From a virus (lineage: Duplodnaviria > Caudoviricetes), in IMG/VR virus record IMGVR_UViG_2932572697_000002, positions 18,354 to 82,353 of that record: a stretch of 64,000 nt of DNA. One strand, given 5' to 3'. The position numbers and the translations under genes are program-made. The notes beneath the pieces are model-generated. The model was not told the DNA's origin. It saw nothing but the letters and a program-made list of their open reading frames with translations, and made no database searches. Shown here piece after piece: positions 37,995-47,613 of the stretch; within the stretch, counting starts at the first letter, position 1; each line of letters opens with the position of its first letter.

Positions 37995-40922
37995 GTGACG
38001 ATCCAGGAGACCCTGAACGCCCTTGGCCGGTGGGAGATCGACCTCAAGCCGACCATTCCCCGCGAAACCCTCGACGCCCTCGCCTACTTCGGCCACGTAG
38101 CGATCATCCAGGGGCGACTCGACCCCGCCCGGTACGGCGACAACCTCCTCGACGTGGCCCGCTATGTCGGGGTGCTGCGCAGCAACAGTTTCGGTGACGA
38201 CGCCCGCACCAAAACTCCCAACGACAACGTCAAAATCGGCGGCGTCGGCATGGCCATGTGGCTCGGCGACGAGGACAACAAGGGCGACGTCCTGGAGAAC
38301 GCCACGGTCTTCGCCTCCGGCAGCCTCTTCCCCGACGTCATCCGCGGCCTCCTCCCCGCCTCAGGGGCTATCACCGAGGGCACCCTGTACCCCGTCGCGG
38401 GAACGTACTCCGGCACCCATCAGTGGCAGTCCCCGCGCCAGGCCATCCAGTACGTCTGCCAGACCATGTCGACCCCCCTCGTCCCCGTCTCCTGGCGGGT
38501 CAACAACGACGGCACCCTGGACGCCGGCCCCGAGAGTTCTCTGTTCGTTACGGACCCGCGGTGCGTCGTCATCGCCCGGGGCGCCGGTGAGGACATGGCC
38601 CTCACTGCGATCCCGGGCAGCATGGACCTCACCGGGGACGTTGAGGACTACACCACCCGCGTGGTGCTCCTGGCGGAGGGCGAAGGCGACTCCACCGCTA
38701 CAGGGTCGGCCGATCTCAACCCGGGGTCCAACCCGTACAAGGACATCCACGGCAACAGCCTGAAGCTCACCCGGCTGGTCAGCGAAAGCGACACCGTCAC
38801 CGCAAACGCCGCGATCCGCGCCCAGCTGGCCCTCAGCCAGTTCATCGCCCCGCAGCGGGATCTTCGCCTGTCGATCCAGGACTACGACGTCCACGGCGAG
38901 TTCGCCCTCGGGGACTACGTCCACGCCTACGACCCCGACAAAGGCCTCGTCGACACCAACAACGAGATCATCTTCCGGGGGCAGCGCCTCAACCCCATCA
39001 AACTGCAGATCACCGAGATCAGCTGGGGTGTCACCGCCGAATACACCGTCGCCTACCGGGCCGCAGACGGAACCTGGTACGACCTCACCGACCACATCGA
39101 AACGTCCGAGGCCGGCACCTACGTCACCGTCGGGGACTTCTCCCGGCAGCTGATGAACTCCGGTGCTGAACCGGTGGGTTCCCGGCCGAACGCGGACACC
39201 ACCATCCCCGGCATACCCACCCTCGTAGAACCGTTCTCCGGGGCCACGTACCTCGACTCCCGCGGTTTCACCCGGGCCCGGGTCATCCTCGCCTGGAACG
39301 CCCCGAACAACGTCGACGGGTCCACGATCCTCGACGGCGACCACTACGAAATCCGGTACGCCGTCGACACCGACATGCTGTACCCCGCCACGTGGGCACA
39401 GCTCTCCCAGGTGCGCTGGATGGACCTCCAGACGTGGGCTCAGCCCTTCGCCGCCCCCGACGGCGACTGGCAGATCGCCTACGCCCCCTGGGGCACCAGC
39501 ACCCTTCAGTTGCAGGATCTGTCGACCGGGATCGGCTACGACGTGCAGATCCGGGCCGTCGACAAGACCGGCAACCGGGGCGCCTGGTCGGGGACGACGA
39601 CGTTCGTGACGACGTCGGACAACATCCCGCCTTCCACGCCAGCCGCCCCGACGGTGGCTGGGTCCAGGATCGCCCTGCAGGTCACCCACGAGCTCGGCAA
39701 GTCATCCGGCGGCACATTCAACCTGGAGTCGGATCTCCACCATCTGGAAGTCCATGTCGACTACGAGCCGTACTTCACCCCGACCCTGAGCACCCTGAAG
39801 GCGAAGGTGTCCGCCACTGCGGGGATGATCCAGGCGCAGATTCCCGTGGTCACCACGGTGCAGGTCGAGGAGACCTCCGCCCGCTACGTGCGGGTCGTCG
39901 CCGTGGACATCGCCGGGAACAAGTCGGGGCCGTCCGACGCAGCCGGGGCGACCGCGCTCCTCATCGACGACGCACACATCTCCGACCTGACCGTCTCCAA
40001 GGTGACAGCTGGGACCATCACTGCCTCGTGGGTGATGGGCGGTGAGATCAAGACCGCGGACACGGGTGCGCGGGCCCGGATGAGCGTCGACGGGTACGAG
40101 CTGTACAACGCGGCCGGGACCCGCACGTTCTTCGCTGACGCCGCGACAGGTGACGTCACCATCGTCGGGCAGGTGAAATCTGGAACGACCGGGAAGCGCC
40201 TGGAGATCAACCCGACCTCAACCTTCCTCCCCGAAATTCGGTTCTATCCAGACTCCGGATCCGAGTACGGCTTCATTAACGCGGTCAGCTCCGGGACGAA
40301 CGTTAATATCGGAATGAATTCCTCCCAGTACGACGGCGGTGGGGGAACTCAGGTGACAAGTCGCCTCTACTTGGTATCTGGATCAGCCCGATTGGAAATT
40401 GTTGAAGCTGTCTCCCAAACGCGCTTTGGCGGATACGCAAATGCTTTCCCAAACTTCTTCGAGGCGGGCTACACCAAGACGGGAACCGGTGGTGGCAAGC
40501 TGTATATTGACGCCACTAGCGGCAGGCTCAATGGTGGCGTATCAGCAAACGGTGCCCAGATATACGTAGACGACAATCAGGCTTTCATGGAGCACGACGT
40601 TGGGCTCTCAACCGAAACGCGTATAGCCCTGTTCGGTGGCTGCTTCAACCTCACCGGGCGCTGGAAAAACTATGTGGTCGCAGGCGCAGACGACAGCATC
40701 TTCACCGGCTCCGTCGTCGTCGGCGCATCGACATCCGTCACATTGAGCTACGGTCCGACGATGGCTTCACAAATGATTCCTGTGGCGACTTGCGTAGCTG
40801 GAAACTTCGGCACAGCGACCCCTACCGTGTGGGGGATCTCATCGGCAGGTACGACTAGCTTCACAGTCGCCTGGAACAATAGTCAGGGAATGCGCATCAA
40901 TTTCTGGTGCTACCGGGCCTAG
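37995..40922 (+). CDS. Tail hub / central fibre protein with FN3-like domains
   Basis: YDVQIRAVDKTGNRGAWS, VVAVDIAGNKSGPS, KVTAGTITA. Confidence 0.8.
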   Translation: MTIQETLNALGRWEIDLKPTIPRETLDALAYFGHVAIIQGRLDPARYGDNLLDVARYVGVLRSNSFGDDARTKTPNDNVKIGGVGMAMWLGDEDNKGDVLENATVFASGSLFPDVIRGLLPASGAITEGTLYPVAGTYSGTHQWQSPRQAIQYVCQTMSTPLVPVSWRVNNDGTLDAGPESSLFVTDPRCVVIARGAGEDMALTAIPGSMDLTGDVEDYTTRVVLLAEGEGDSTATGSADLNPGSNPYKDIHGNSLKLTRLVSESDTVTANAAIRAQLALSQFIAPQRDLRLSIQDYDVHGEFALGDYVHAYDPDKGLVDTNNEIIFRGQRLNPIKLQITEISWGVTAEYTVAYRAADGTWYDLTDHIETSEAGTYVTVGDFSRQLMNSGAEPVGSRPNADTTIPGIPTLVEPFSGATYLDSRGFTRARVILAWNAPNNVDGSTILDGDHYEIRYAVDTDMLYPATWAQLSQVRWMDLQTWAQPFAAPDGDWQIAYAPWGTSTLQLQDLSTGIGYDVQIRAVDKTGNRGAWSGTTTFVTTSDNIPPSTPAAPTVAGSRIALQVTHELGKSSGGTFNLESDLHHLEVHVDYEPYFTPTLSTLKAKVSATAGMIQAQIPVVTTVQVEETSARYVRVVAVDIAGNKSGPSDAAGATALLIDDAHISDLTVSKVTAGTITASWVMGGEIKTADTGARARMSVDGYELYNAAGTRTFFADAATGDVTIVGQVKSGTTGKRLEINPTSTFLPEIRFYPDSGSEYGFINAVSSGTNVNIGMNSSQYDGGGGTQVTSRLYLVSGSARLEIVEAVSQTRFGGYANAFPNFFEAGYTKTGTGGGKLYIDATSGRLNGGVSANGAQIYVDDNQAFMEHDVGLSTETRIALFGGCFNLTGRWKNYVVAGADDSIFTGSVVVGASTSVTLSYGPTMASQMIPVATCVAGNFGTATPTVWGISSAGTTSFTVAWNNSQGMRINFWCYRA

Positions 40923-40930
40923 GGGAACTC

Positions 40931-41521
40931 GTGGACGAGAGAACCATAACCGAAATCAGTGAAGGGCTCGTTGGGGAAACCCCGACCTGGCAGGTGCAAA
41001 TGACAGACGTGGCGGGCAGAGGGCACGTACACGTCTTCCCGCAGGAAACCCTCGCCTGGCGCGCAGCCGAGTACGGCATCGACCCTACTGACACAGACAC
41101 CCTGCTCGACATCATCCTCCATGAGCCGTTCCTGCCTGACCTCAGCACACCCGAGGCGGCAGCCGCAGACCCGGCCGCCCGCACCGGGCTTAACGTCACC
41201 ACCCTGAACACCAAAGGGGCCAAGGTCGAGCCCGTCCAACTGCACAACGCACCAACCACGAAGGCGGCCCGTGACGCCCACCTGCTCCGCATCAACAACG
41301 TCAAGCAGGACCACCACGTTCAGGTCCCGGCAGGCAAGGGCGTGAAAGACCCCCGCGCTGCCATCAGGGGCAAGCTCATCGACCCGGGGCGCGTCGCGGA
41401 GCTCGCCGGATACGTGGACGCCATGAAACGACAAGCCCGAGGCGAAGCAGCCCGCACGACCCCCCGGTCCCGACCTGCCATGAACCCCGTACCTACGCTG
41501 CCGGAGGCGACCGATGCCTGA
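40931..41521 (+). CDS. Hypothetical tail-associated protein
   Basis: WRAAEYGID..LLDIILHEP; GTG start. Confidence 0.65.
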   Translation: MDERTITEISEGLVGETPTWQVQMTDVAGRGHVHVFPQETLAWRAAEYGIDPTDTDTLLDIILHEPFLPDLSTPEAAAADPAARTGLNVTTLNTKGAKVEPVQLHNAPTTKAARDAHLLRINNVKQDHHVQVPAGKGVKDPRAAIRGKLIDPGRVAELAGYVDAMKRQARGEAARTTPRSRPAMNPVPTLPEATDA

Positions 41522-42416
41522 GACCCCGACGCCACGCCTTGGGCTGCGGCGCCCCCTGAACGACGGCTCCGAGCTCGTCAACGTCCAAACCGACCTCAAC
41601 CAGAACGCCGACAAGCTCGACCTCGCCGCGGGCTTCCAGATCGTCACCAGCAGCACCCGGCCCAGCACCCCCTTCTCGGGCAAGGCCATCGCCGAGTCCG
41701 ACACCAGCTACCGCACCCACTTCTCCAACGGCACCGGGCCGGCCAGCGGATCATGGGTAGAGATCCCCAACTCCAGCGGCACGTTCGGATCAACCTTGAA
41801 GCTGGCAGCATCCGCCCAGCTCACCATCGGCGCGGACGTCAACCTCTACCGGTCGGCCGCCAACACCCTGAAGACTGACGACACCGTGATAGTCGGCGGC
41901 GACCTCAAGCTCGTCAACGGAACCACCACGTTCCGAAACGGGCTGTCTGCAGCCACTACCGTCGCCAACACGACCACGGAAACCAACCTCGCTACGATCA
42001 CCGCGCCAGCGAACGACCCCGTCGTCGGCGCCGTCTACAAGCTCACCGCCTGGGGGCGCATCTCCACCACGGGCACCCCGACGTTCACGCTGCGCACGAA
42101 GGTCGGATCGACCACGATCTCCACCCTCTACAGTGCCGCGACGGGGAGTGGCCTCGCCAACGCCCCCTGGACGGCGGAGCTGGAGCTGGCCGTTCCAGTG
42201 ATCGGCGCCGGCGGGACGTTCGCGCCGGTGTCCCGCACCAGCAGCAACATTGCTGCCAGCGGCACAACGGCGAGCGTCATCCTTGTCCCGGCAGCGGGCA
42301 CGATCGCCAACGACACGACAACATCCACGACGTGGGCGATCAGCGGTCAGTGGGGCACGGCAAGCGCCTCGAACACGGTGACGTGCCAGGGGTTCACGGC
42401 GGTGAGGCTGGCGTAG
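41514..42416 (+). CDS. Minor tail / fibre protein
   Basis: TPRLGL..P, LYRSAANTLKTDD; Thr/Ser-rich beta C-terminus. Confidence 0.75.
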   Translation: MPETPTPRLGLRRPLNDGSELVNVQTDLNQNADKLDLAAGFQIVTSSTRPSTPFSGKAIAESDTSYRTHFSNGTGPASGSWVEIPNSSGTFGSTLKLAASAQLTIGADVNLYRSAANTLKTDDTVIVGGDLKLVNGTTTFRNGLSAATTVANTTTETNLATITAPANDPVVGAVYKLTAWGRISTTGTPTFTLRTKVGSTTISTLYSAATGSGLANAPWTAELELAVPVIGAGGTFAPVSRTSSNIAASGTTASVILVPAAGTIANDTTTSTTWAISGQWGTASASNTVTCQGFTAVRLA

Positions 42417-42422
42417 CCGAGG

Positions 42423-42602
42423 TCAGCTCGCACCGAAGTTCGGCTCCGGCTCCGGCTCTTGGGCGGGGGCCTGCTGGTGGATCTGTGCTTCCAGGTCGAG
42501 GATGCGGGCTTCCAGCATGCTGTTCTTGTGGAACAGTTCAGCGGCCCGGGAGCGGTACACCTCAAGGGCCGACTCGTAGCTGACCTGCTTCGAAGGTTCC
42601 AT
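42423..42602 (-). CDS. Small coiled-coil protein (59 aa)
   Basis: MEPSKQVSYESALEVYRSRAAELFHKNSMLEARILDLEAQ; AGGA RBS. Confidence 0.55.
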   Translation of the reverse strand: MEPSKQVSYESALEVYRSRAAELFHKNSMLEARILDLEAQIHQQAPAQEPEPEPNFGAS

Positions 42603-42609
42603 GGTGTTC

Positions 42610-43230
42610 CTATCGGATGGTGGCGTCGCCGCGGTCGGGGAGGCCGCTGCTGTTGAGCCCGTGGTGGACCCAGGCCCAGGTGCGGCGGGGGATGTGGACG
42701 ATGTGGGCGCCGGCGTCGCGGCAGCCGATGGTGAAGTGCCAGTCTTCGCCGCCGCGGTGGCCGCCGACGGTGCTGTCCGGGGGCGGGTCCTGAAATCCGA
42801 CCCGTTGGGCGATGTCGGTGCGGACGAGGGTGGTGATGGTGGTCTGGTGGGGGGCGGCCGGGTTCCAGGGCTTGCCGAAGTGGCCGAGGGGGTCGTTCTC
42901 GGGCCAGGGGGTGCCGTCGCGGCGGTGGACCATGTAGTAGCTGAAGAGGTAGTCGGCTTTGTGGGCGCGGGCCCCGGCGGCGAGCACCTTGAGGTGTTCG
43001 GGGTACATCCAGTCGTCGCTGTCGAGGAAGGCGACCCATTCGGTGGTGACCTTCTCCAGGCCGCGCTGCCGGGTGGTGGCTGCTCCGAGCCCTTCCTTGT
43101 CGACCTCGATGATCAGATCGTTGGGGATCAGGTGCTGCTGCTCGACGGACTCGACTGCGCGGGCCAGCATTCCGTTCTGCACCCGGAACGGGTGGGCGGG
43201 GATCACCACGGTGATGTCAGTCGTCGTCAC
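42610..43230 (-). CDS. Glycosyltransferase family 2 (GT-A)
   Basis: ITVVIPA..WVAFLDSDD..GEDW. Confidence 0.88.
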   Translation of the reverse strand: MTTTDITVVIPAHPFRVQNGMLARAVESVEQQHLIPNDLIIEVDKEGLGAATTRQRGLEKVTTEWVAFLDSDDWMYPEHLKVLAAGARAHKADYLFSYYMVHRRDGTPWPENDPLGHFGKPWNPAAPHQTTITTLVRTDIAQRVGFQDPPPDSTVGGHRGGEDWHFTIGCRDAGAHIVHIPRRTWAWVHHGLNSSGLPDRGDATIR

Positions 43231-43480
43231 GGGCCGCCTCCGCCCGCATGCGGGTCTGCACGTAGTCGAGGAGCCCCATCACCCGGTGGTGAGGTACGGC
43301 TCCGCCGCCGTTCGGCAGGAGAGTTCCAACCTGGGTGATGCCGTCCCCGTCATCGTCGAACTGCTGCGACGCAGCGACGACGACCCACTCGATCGGGACG
43401 CCCTCGTAGCCTTCTAGCTCGCAGACCTCTTCGATGGCCGCTTCGAGCTTCCGGTACGCGGCCTGTTTCGCGTCGCTCAT
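43217..43480 (-). CDS. Hypothetical protein
   Basis: AGGAG RBS. Confidence 0.65.
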   Translation of the reverse strand: MSDAKQAAYRKLEAAIEEVCELEGYEGVPIEWVVVAASQQFDDDGDGITQVGTLLPNGGGAVPHHRVMGLLDYVQTRMRAEAARDDD

Positions 43481-43484
43481 CGGA

Positions 43485-43742
43485 TCACTCCTGCATGGAC
43501 GGTGTGTGGGTCATGCCGAGCCGCAGCACGGCCTCATCGTTGTGGGCATAGACGAAGCCGTCACATTCAACCTCGACGCCGTTGTTGTAGATGGCCTTGA
43601 TGCGGTAGTCCCGTTCGGCGTTCCAACGGATGCCGAGCGGGAACCTGACGGTTTCGCCTACTTGGAAGTACTCGGGGAAGCCGCGCTCTACCTGCTGCTG
43701 CCGGAGCAGGGCTTCGAGAGCAGTGAACGGATCCTCACTCAT
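43485..43742 (-). CDS. Hypothetical protein
   Basis: ATGA coupling; lower GC. Confidence 0.55.
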   Translation of the reverse strand: MSEDPFTALEALLRQQQVERGFPEYFQVGETVRFPLGIRWNAERDYRIKAIYNNGVEVECDGFVYAHNDEAVLRLGMTHTPSMQE

Positions 43743-44263
43743 CGCCTTACTCCTCGCGCCCAGGCATAGGCGTCTCCGGGATTGGCCCGGTACTCGACGT
43801 GCACGTCACGGAACAGGCTCTCCAGCGTCTCCCGGAGATCTTGCGGGGACACGTTCCGGTACCACTCCCCAGAGGCCGGGAGCGGAGCGCCAGCCACCCC
43901 ATGCTCTGGCCGTCCGTCCGAGGCGCAGGTAACGACCAGGAGCTCCGGGCCGCCCGGCTCCAGGGCCTCGGATGCGGTGTGCAGGACGAGGCGCCACGTC
44001 GGCAGGTGCTCCAGCACCTCCGTGCAGACCACCAGGTCGAACAGGCCTGCATCCTTGGGCCAGGGGAGGGTGGCGTCGTGGACGATGTCGATGCCCGTAC
44101 CAGTCTCGATGTCGGTGCCGGTCCATACCGTGTTGGGCAGGTGGGTGCGGATCGTGCCGTTGATGTCCCGGCCACCGAGGTCCAGGACCCGCCACGGGTC
44201 CGTGCGGCAGATCCCGGCCAGGTCGAGCATGCGGCCGACGGCGTCGTGCGCTTCAGGGTGCAT
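43739..44263 (-). CDS. Class I SAM-dependent methyltransferase
   Basis: VLDLGGRDING..FDLVVCTEVLEH. Confidence 0.85.
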   Translation of the reverse strand: MHPEAHDAVGRMLDLAGICRTDPWRVLDLGGRDINGTIRTHLPNTVWTGTDIETGTGIDIVHDATLPWPKDAGLFDLVVCTEVLEHLPTWRLVLHTASEALEPGGPELLVVTCASDGRPEHGVAGAPLPASGEWYRNVSPQDLRETLESLFRDVHVEYRANPGDAYAWARGVRR

Positions 44264-44284
44264 CAGTGCTTCCCGCCTCTGGTG

Positions 44285-44788
44285 CTACTGGACATGGGTC
44301 CACGTCCTTCCGGCGCTGATGTGGGCGACGATGCTCCTGCTGATGCCGAACCGCTGCGCGATGTCCAGTTGGCGGCGGCCCACCGCGAGGAGGTCACGGA
44401 TCTGGCGAACCATCGCCTCGTCGATGCGGGCACGCCCGTTGCGGACGCCCGTGTTATCTGTGCCGTGCCCGTGGCGGTCGGCGTAGTTTTCCTCGGGGGT
44501 GCCCCATCGCAGGTTGGTCAAGACGTTGTGCTGGGGGTTGCCATCGAGATGGCGACAGACCATTCCGTCCGGCCGCGGTCCCACGAAGGCTTCCAGCATC
44601 AGGACGTGGACCTTGGTCTGTCGTCCGCGCCCTATCTTGATCTGGGAGTAGCCGTGGACGATGGCCGGGGTGAGAATGCGAGGAGCGCTGGTCGGGTGGC
44701 CTTGCCGGTTCCTGTAGCTGCGGACGCGGCCTCGGTTGCTCACCTCATACCCCAGGTGTCCGGGAAGGGGTTTCCATACCTCGTTCAC
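44285..44788 (-). CDS. NUMOD4/HNH homing endonuclease with C-terminal HTH
   Basis: EVWKP..YEVSNRGRVRS, VCRHLDGN..N..NLRWGT..EN. Confidence 0.9.
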   Translation of the reverse strand: MNEVWKPLPGHLGYEVSNRGRVRSYRNRQGHPTSAPRILTPAIVHGYSQIKIGRGRQTKVHVLMLEAFVGPRPDGMVCRHLDGNPQHNVLTNLRWGTPEENYADRHGHGTDNTGVRNGRARIDEAMVRQIRDLLAVGRRQLDIAQRFGISRSIVAHISAGRTWTHVQ

Positions 44789-45477
44789 CACGGCGTCTTC
44801 CCCCACTTCGCTCGGAACGTTTCCATGTCTCGCCCGGCCTGCGCCTCAAGTTCGGGGCGTTCCTGCATGGACCCGTTGGGGCGCAGGTGCTGAACGGGGA
44901 TGCCGGGGACGAGGAGTGCGCCGCCCGCCTCGCGCGCTCTCCAGTCCAGATCGTCATCGCTCGCCCACCACGCCATCGACTCGTCGAGCTGCAGCCCGGC
45001 CTCACCGCGCAGCATGTACGCGTAGCCCGTAATCCGCTGTCGCAGGTCCACCGGTTCGGCCTTCGTGTGCAGGATCTGCTGCTGACCGCCGAACTGGTCC
45101 GGGTAGGCCAGGATCGCCGTCGTGGAGCGCATGGCCTCAGATAGCGCATCGACCCAGCCTGACGGCACGATCACATCCGAGTTGAGGACAACCACGTCGC
45201 AGCGCTCCCGGCCCGTGAACTGCCGGGAGTGCTCCGCCAGCTCCAAGCCGATGTTCCACAGGAGGCTGATGTTCGGCGGATCCAGGTCGACCAAGGCGGA
45301 CCCGACGAACGTGTTGCCCTCTCCCATCGGCCACTGCTCCGGGTCGATGGGCGGCACGCTGCCGTTGTCGATGATGTACACGGCGTCGACCTGGTCGAGT
45401 ACCGAGTTCACGCAGTCCCGCACCATGTCGTGCCGGTTGCGGGTCGGGATGACGGCTACCCGCCACGGGCGGTTCAC
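44785..45477 (-). CDS. Glycosyltransferase family 2 (GT-A)
   Basis: VAVIPTRNR..IIDNGS..VVLNSD..WASDDDL. Confidence 0.85.
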   Translation of the reverse strand: MNRPWRVAVIPTRNRHDMVRDCVNSVLDQVDAVYIIDNGSVPPIDPEQWPMGEGNTFVGSALVDLDPPNISLLWNIGLELAEHSRQFTGRERCDVVVLNSDVIVPSGWVDALSEAMRSTTAILAYPDQFGGQQQILHTKAEPVDLRQRITGYAYMLRGEAGLQLDESMAWWASDDDLDWRAREAGGALLVPGIPVQHLRPNGSMQERPELEAQAGRDMETFRAKWGKTPW

Positions 45478-46127
45478 TGGCCCGCCCAGACGGTGGTGTG
45501 CGCGTCGGCGGTCTCGGCCCGCAGCGGCGCGTAGTAGTAGCAGGCCAGCGATCTGCGCAGGTGGTTGCCGACGACAGGCTCGGGGTGCCCGTGCCACGAC
45601 GTCTCGCCGGTCGCGAAGATCACCGTCCGGTTCCACGCCGGAACGACGGCCACCTCGCGCTGCTCGCCGAGGTACAGGGTGCCGCCCCACGTCGCCTCCC
45701 AGTCCCTCGACAGAAAGACGAGCATGTTGATGCGGCGCTCCAGCGGCAGCGTCGGGTGGACGTTGAAGTCGACGTGGGACGCGAGCCGACCGCCTTCTCC
45801 GGTCTCGTGCATGCCGCCGCCGATGTCGTCTGCGGTGAGCGGGCTGATGCCGGTCAGCAGCTCCAGCATCCGGCAGGCTTCGGGGGAGCGGGCCGCGTCG
45901 AAGAAGCCCCGGGTTGCCTCCCCCCAGACGCGGGAGTCTCCGGCCTTCTTACCGCGTTCCTTCTCATCCGGGTACGTGATCCACCTGGGGTCGTTGGCGG
46001 CGGGGAACTCGGCGTCGATGCTCGCGAGGAGCTGGTCGGGCCACATGTTGTCGACGACCAGGTGCGGGAACGGCTCGGCCGCAGCGAACCGGGCAGCCTG
46101 CTCGGGGCCGAGGGTGGCGAGCTTCAT
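45474..46127 (-). CDS. 2OG-Fe(II) oxygenase, prolyl-hydroxylase-like
   Basis: PFPHLVVDN, GGGMH, HVD, WGGTL, P.WNR.VIF, SWHG, RRSLACYYY. Confidence 0.88.
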   Translation of the reverse strand: MKLATLGPEQAARFAAAEPFPHLVVDNMWPDQLLASIDAEFPAANDPRWITYPDEKERGKKAGDSRVWGEATRGFFDAARSPEACRMLELLTGISPLTADDIGGGMHETGEGGRLASHVDFNVHPTLPLERRINMLVFLSRDWEATWGGTLYLGEQREVAVVPAWNRTVIFATGETSWHGHPEPVVGNHLRRSLACYYYAPLRAETADAHTTVWAGQ

Positions 46128-47161
46128 CGGACTGCCTCCGTAGCCGGAAGTCCCAGCCATTCGGGGTGCCGCAGCGTCCACTCCACCGTGCGCCGCAGCG
46201 ACTCCTCCAGGCTCAGCGGCGCCTGCCACCCGGCGGCGGCGAGCTTGCTGCCGTCGAGCGCGTACCGGAGGTCGTGGCCAGGCCGGCTGGAGTGGAAGTC
46301 GACGAGGTCGAGCTTCGGTTCGCCAGCGCCCATGAGGTTGGCGAGCAGGTGGACCATCTCGATGTTGTCGACCTCCCGCTCCCCGACGATGTGGAACCGG
46401 GACGGGCGGTCGAAGTCGCCGTACTGCTGCGGGCGGTGGTTGCGGGCGAGCCACAGCCAGGCGTCAGCCAGGTTCCGGGCGTGGAGGTAGAACCGGCTGC
46501 CGGGCCGGCCGTCGGGGGAGACGTGGACGGTGGCCGTCTCGCCGCGGAGGATGGCCCGCATGGTCTTGGGGATGAACTTCTCGGTGTCCTGCTGCTCGCC
46601 GAGGATGTTCATGGTGTTGGTGATGACGACGGGGACGCCGTAGGTCCGCCAGTAGGTGAAGCACACGGCTTCCTGGGCGGCCTTGCTGGCGGAGTAGGGG
46701 TTGGAGGGGGCGATGGCGTCCCATTCGCGGTGCTCGTACCCGTCGGGGGCGGGCCCGTAGACCTCGTCGGTGGACATCTGGAGGACGAGGGACGGCTTGG
46801 CGTGGCGGGCGTAGTCGAGGACGTTGGTGATGAGCCGGACGTTGTTCTCGATGAACGGGCCGGGCTGGTCGATGCTGCGGTCAACGTGGGATTCGGAGGC
46901 GACGTTGAACAGGTAGTCGACCTTCCCGAATCGGGCTGCGGTGACGGGGTCGATGGGGGCGGTGAGGTCGCAGTAGACGACGTCGACGCGGTCCCACCAT
47001 TCGGGGTTGGTTTCGAGAGCGGAGGCTATGCGCTTGGGGACGCCCTTGTGCCGGAACGTGACGGGGAGGGTGACGGTCCAGTCGGTGTTGGTCATGAGGT
47101 GGCGCAGGACGTGGCTGCCGACGAACCCGCCGCCACCGGTGAGCAGTACGTGCTTGGTCAT
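46124..47161 (-). CDS. NDP-glucose 4,6-dehydratase (RmlB-like)
   Basis: TGGGGFVGSH, ASESHVDRSI, STDEVYG, YSASK, RPGHDLRYALD. Confidence 0.9.
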   Translation of the reverse strand: MTKHVLLTGGGGFVGSHVLRHLMTNTDWTVTLPVTFRHKGVPKRIASALETNPEWWDRVDVVYCDLTAPIDPVTAARFGKVDYLFNVASESHVDRSIDQPGPFIENNVRLITNVLDYARHAKPSLVLQMSTDEVYGPAPDGYEHREWDAIAPSNPYSASKAAQEAVCFTYWRTYGVPVVITNTMNILGEQQDTEKFIPKTMRAILRGETATVHVSPDGRPGSRFYLHARNLADAWLWLARNHRPQQYGDFDRPSRFHIVGEREVDNIEMVHLLANLMGAGEPKLDLVDFHSSRPGHDLRYALDGSKLAAAGWQAPLSLEESLRRTVEWTLRHPEWLGLPATEAVR

Positions 47162-47166
47162 CGGGT

Positions 47167-47613
47167 TCACCGCACCTTGAAGAGGATGGGGAGGGCGAGC
47201 TTGAGGTGCTTGAGCCGTGACCAGCGGGCCTCGGGCTCGACGCGGCAGTCCATGTTGAGGACGCAGTGGCGGAAGAACCGCCACTGGCCGTGCAGGACGT
47301 TCGGCAGGTTGTGGAGCTTGGGAAATCGCCCCTGCCGCTTACCGGTGCCCTTGCACTGGGGGCAGGTCACGAAGTGCCAGCCGTCGTCGGACGGCGAGGC
47401 AGCCTCCGCCTCACGCCAGAGCGCCACGAGCTCGGGGTCGGTCTCGTCCTGCGACCTGACTCCGTCGGGCCCGCGCCGCCCAGCTGCCGCAGGGGTGTCG
47501 ATGAAGACGGGCGCGAAGCCGACGCCTTCACATTGGCCTCGGCAGACGGTGAGGAGACTGGGCCGCTCGATGCCGAGGGCGTCGTACCGGTCGGTGAACT
47601 CGATGCTGGTCAT
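47167..47613 (-). CDS. Hypothetical Zn-finger protein
   Basis: CRGQCEGVG..CPQCKGTG; GAAAG RBS. Confidence 0.65.
   Translation of the reverse strand: MTSIEFTDRYDALGIERPSLLTVCRGQCEGVGFAPVFIDTPAAAGRRGPDGVRSQDETDPELVALWREAEAASPSDDGWHFVTCPQCKGTGKRQGRFPKLHNLPNVLHGQWRFFRHCVLNMDCRVEPEARWSRLKHLKLALPILFKVR

Noticed and set aside
37995-42416. Diversity-generating retroelement or tail-fibre shufflon
   Set aside because: No reverse transcriptase, template/variable repeat pair or adjacent invertase seen
44285-44788. HNH gene as part of the glycan pathway or an intron
   Set aside because: Typical free-standing NUMOD4-HNH between two intact genes; no split CDS
45474-46127. 2OG-Fe(II) oxygenase as a TET/JBP DNA-hypermodification enzyme
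   Set aside because: Motifs resemble the prolyl-hydroxylase-like family; no C5-methyltransferase or replication-linked context in the window. Not formally excluded.
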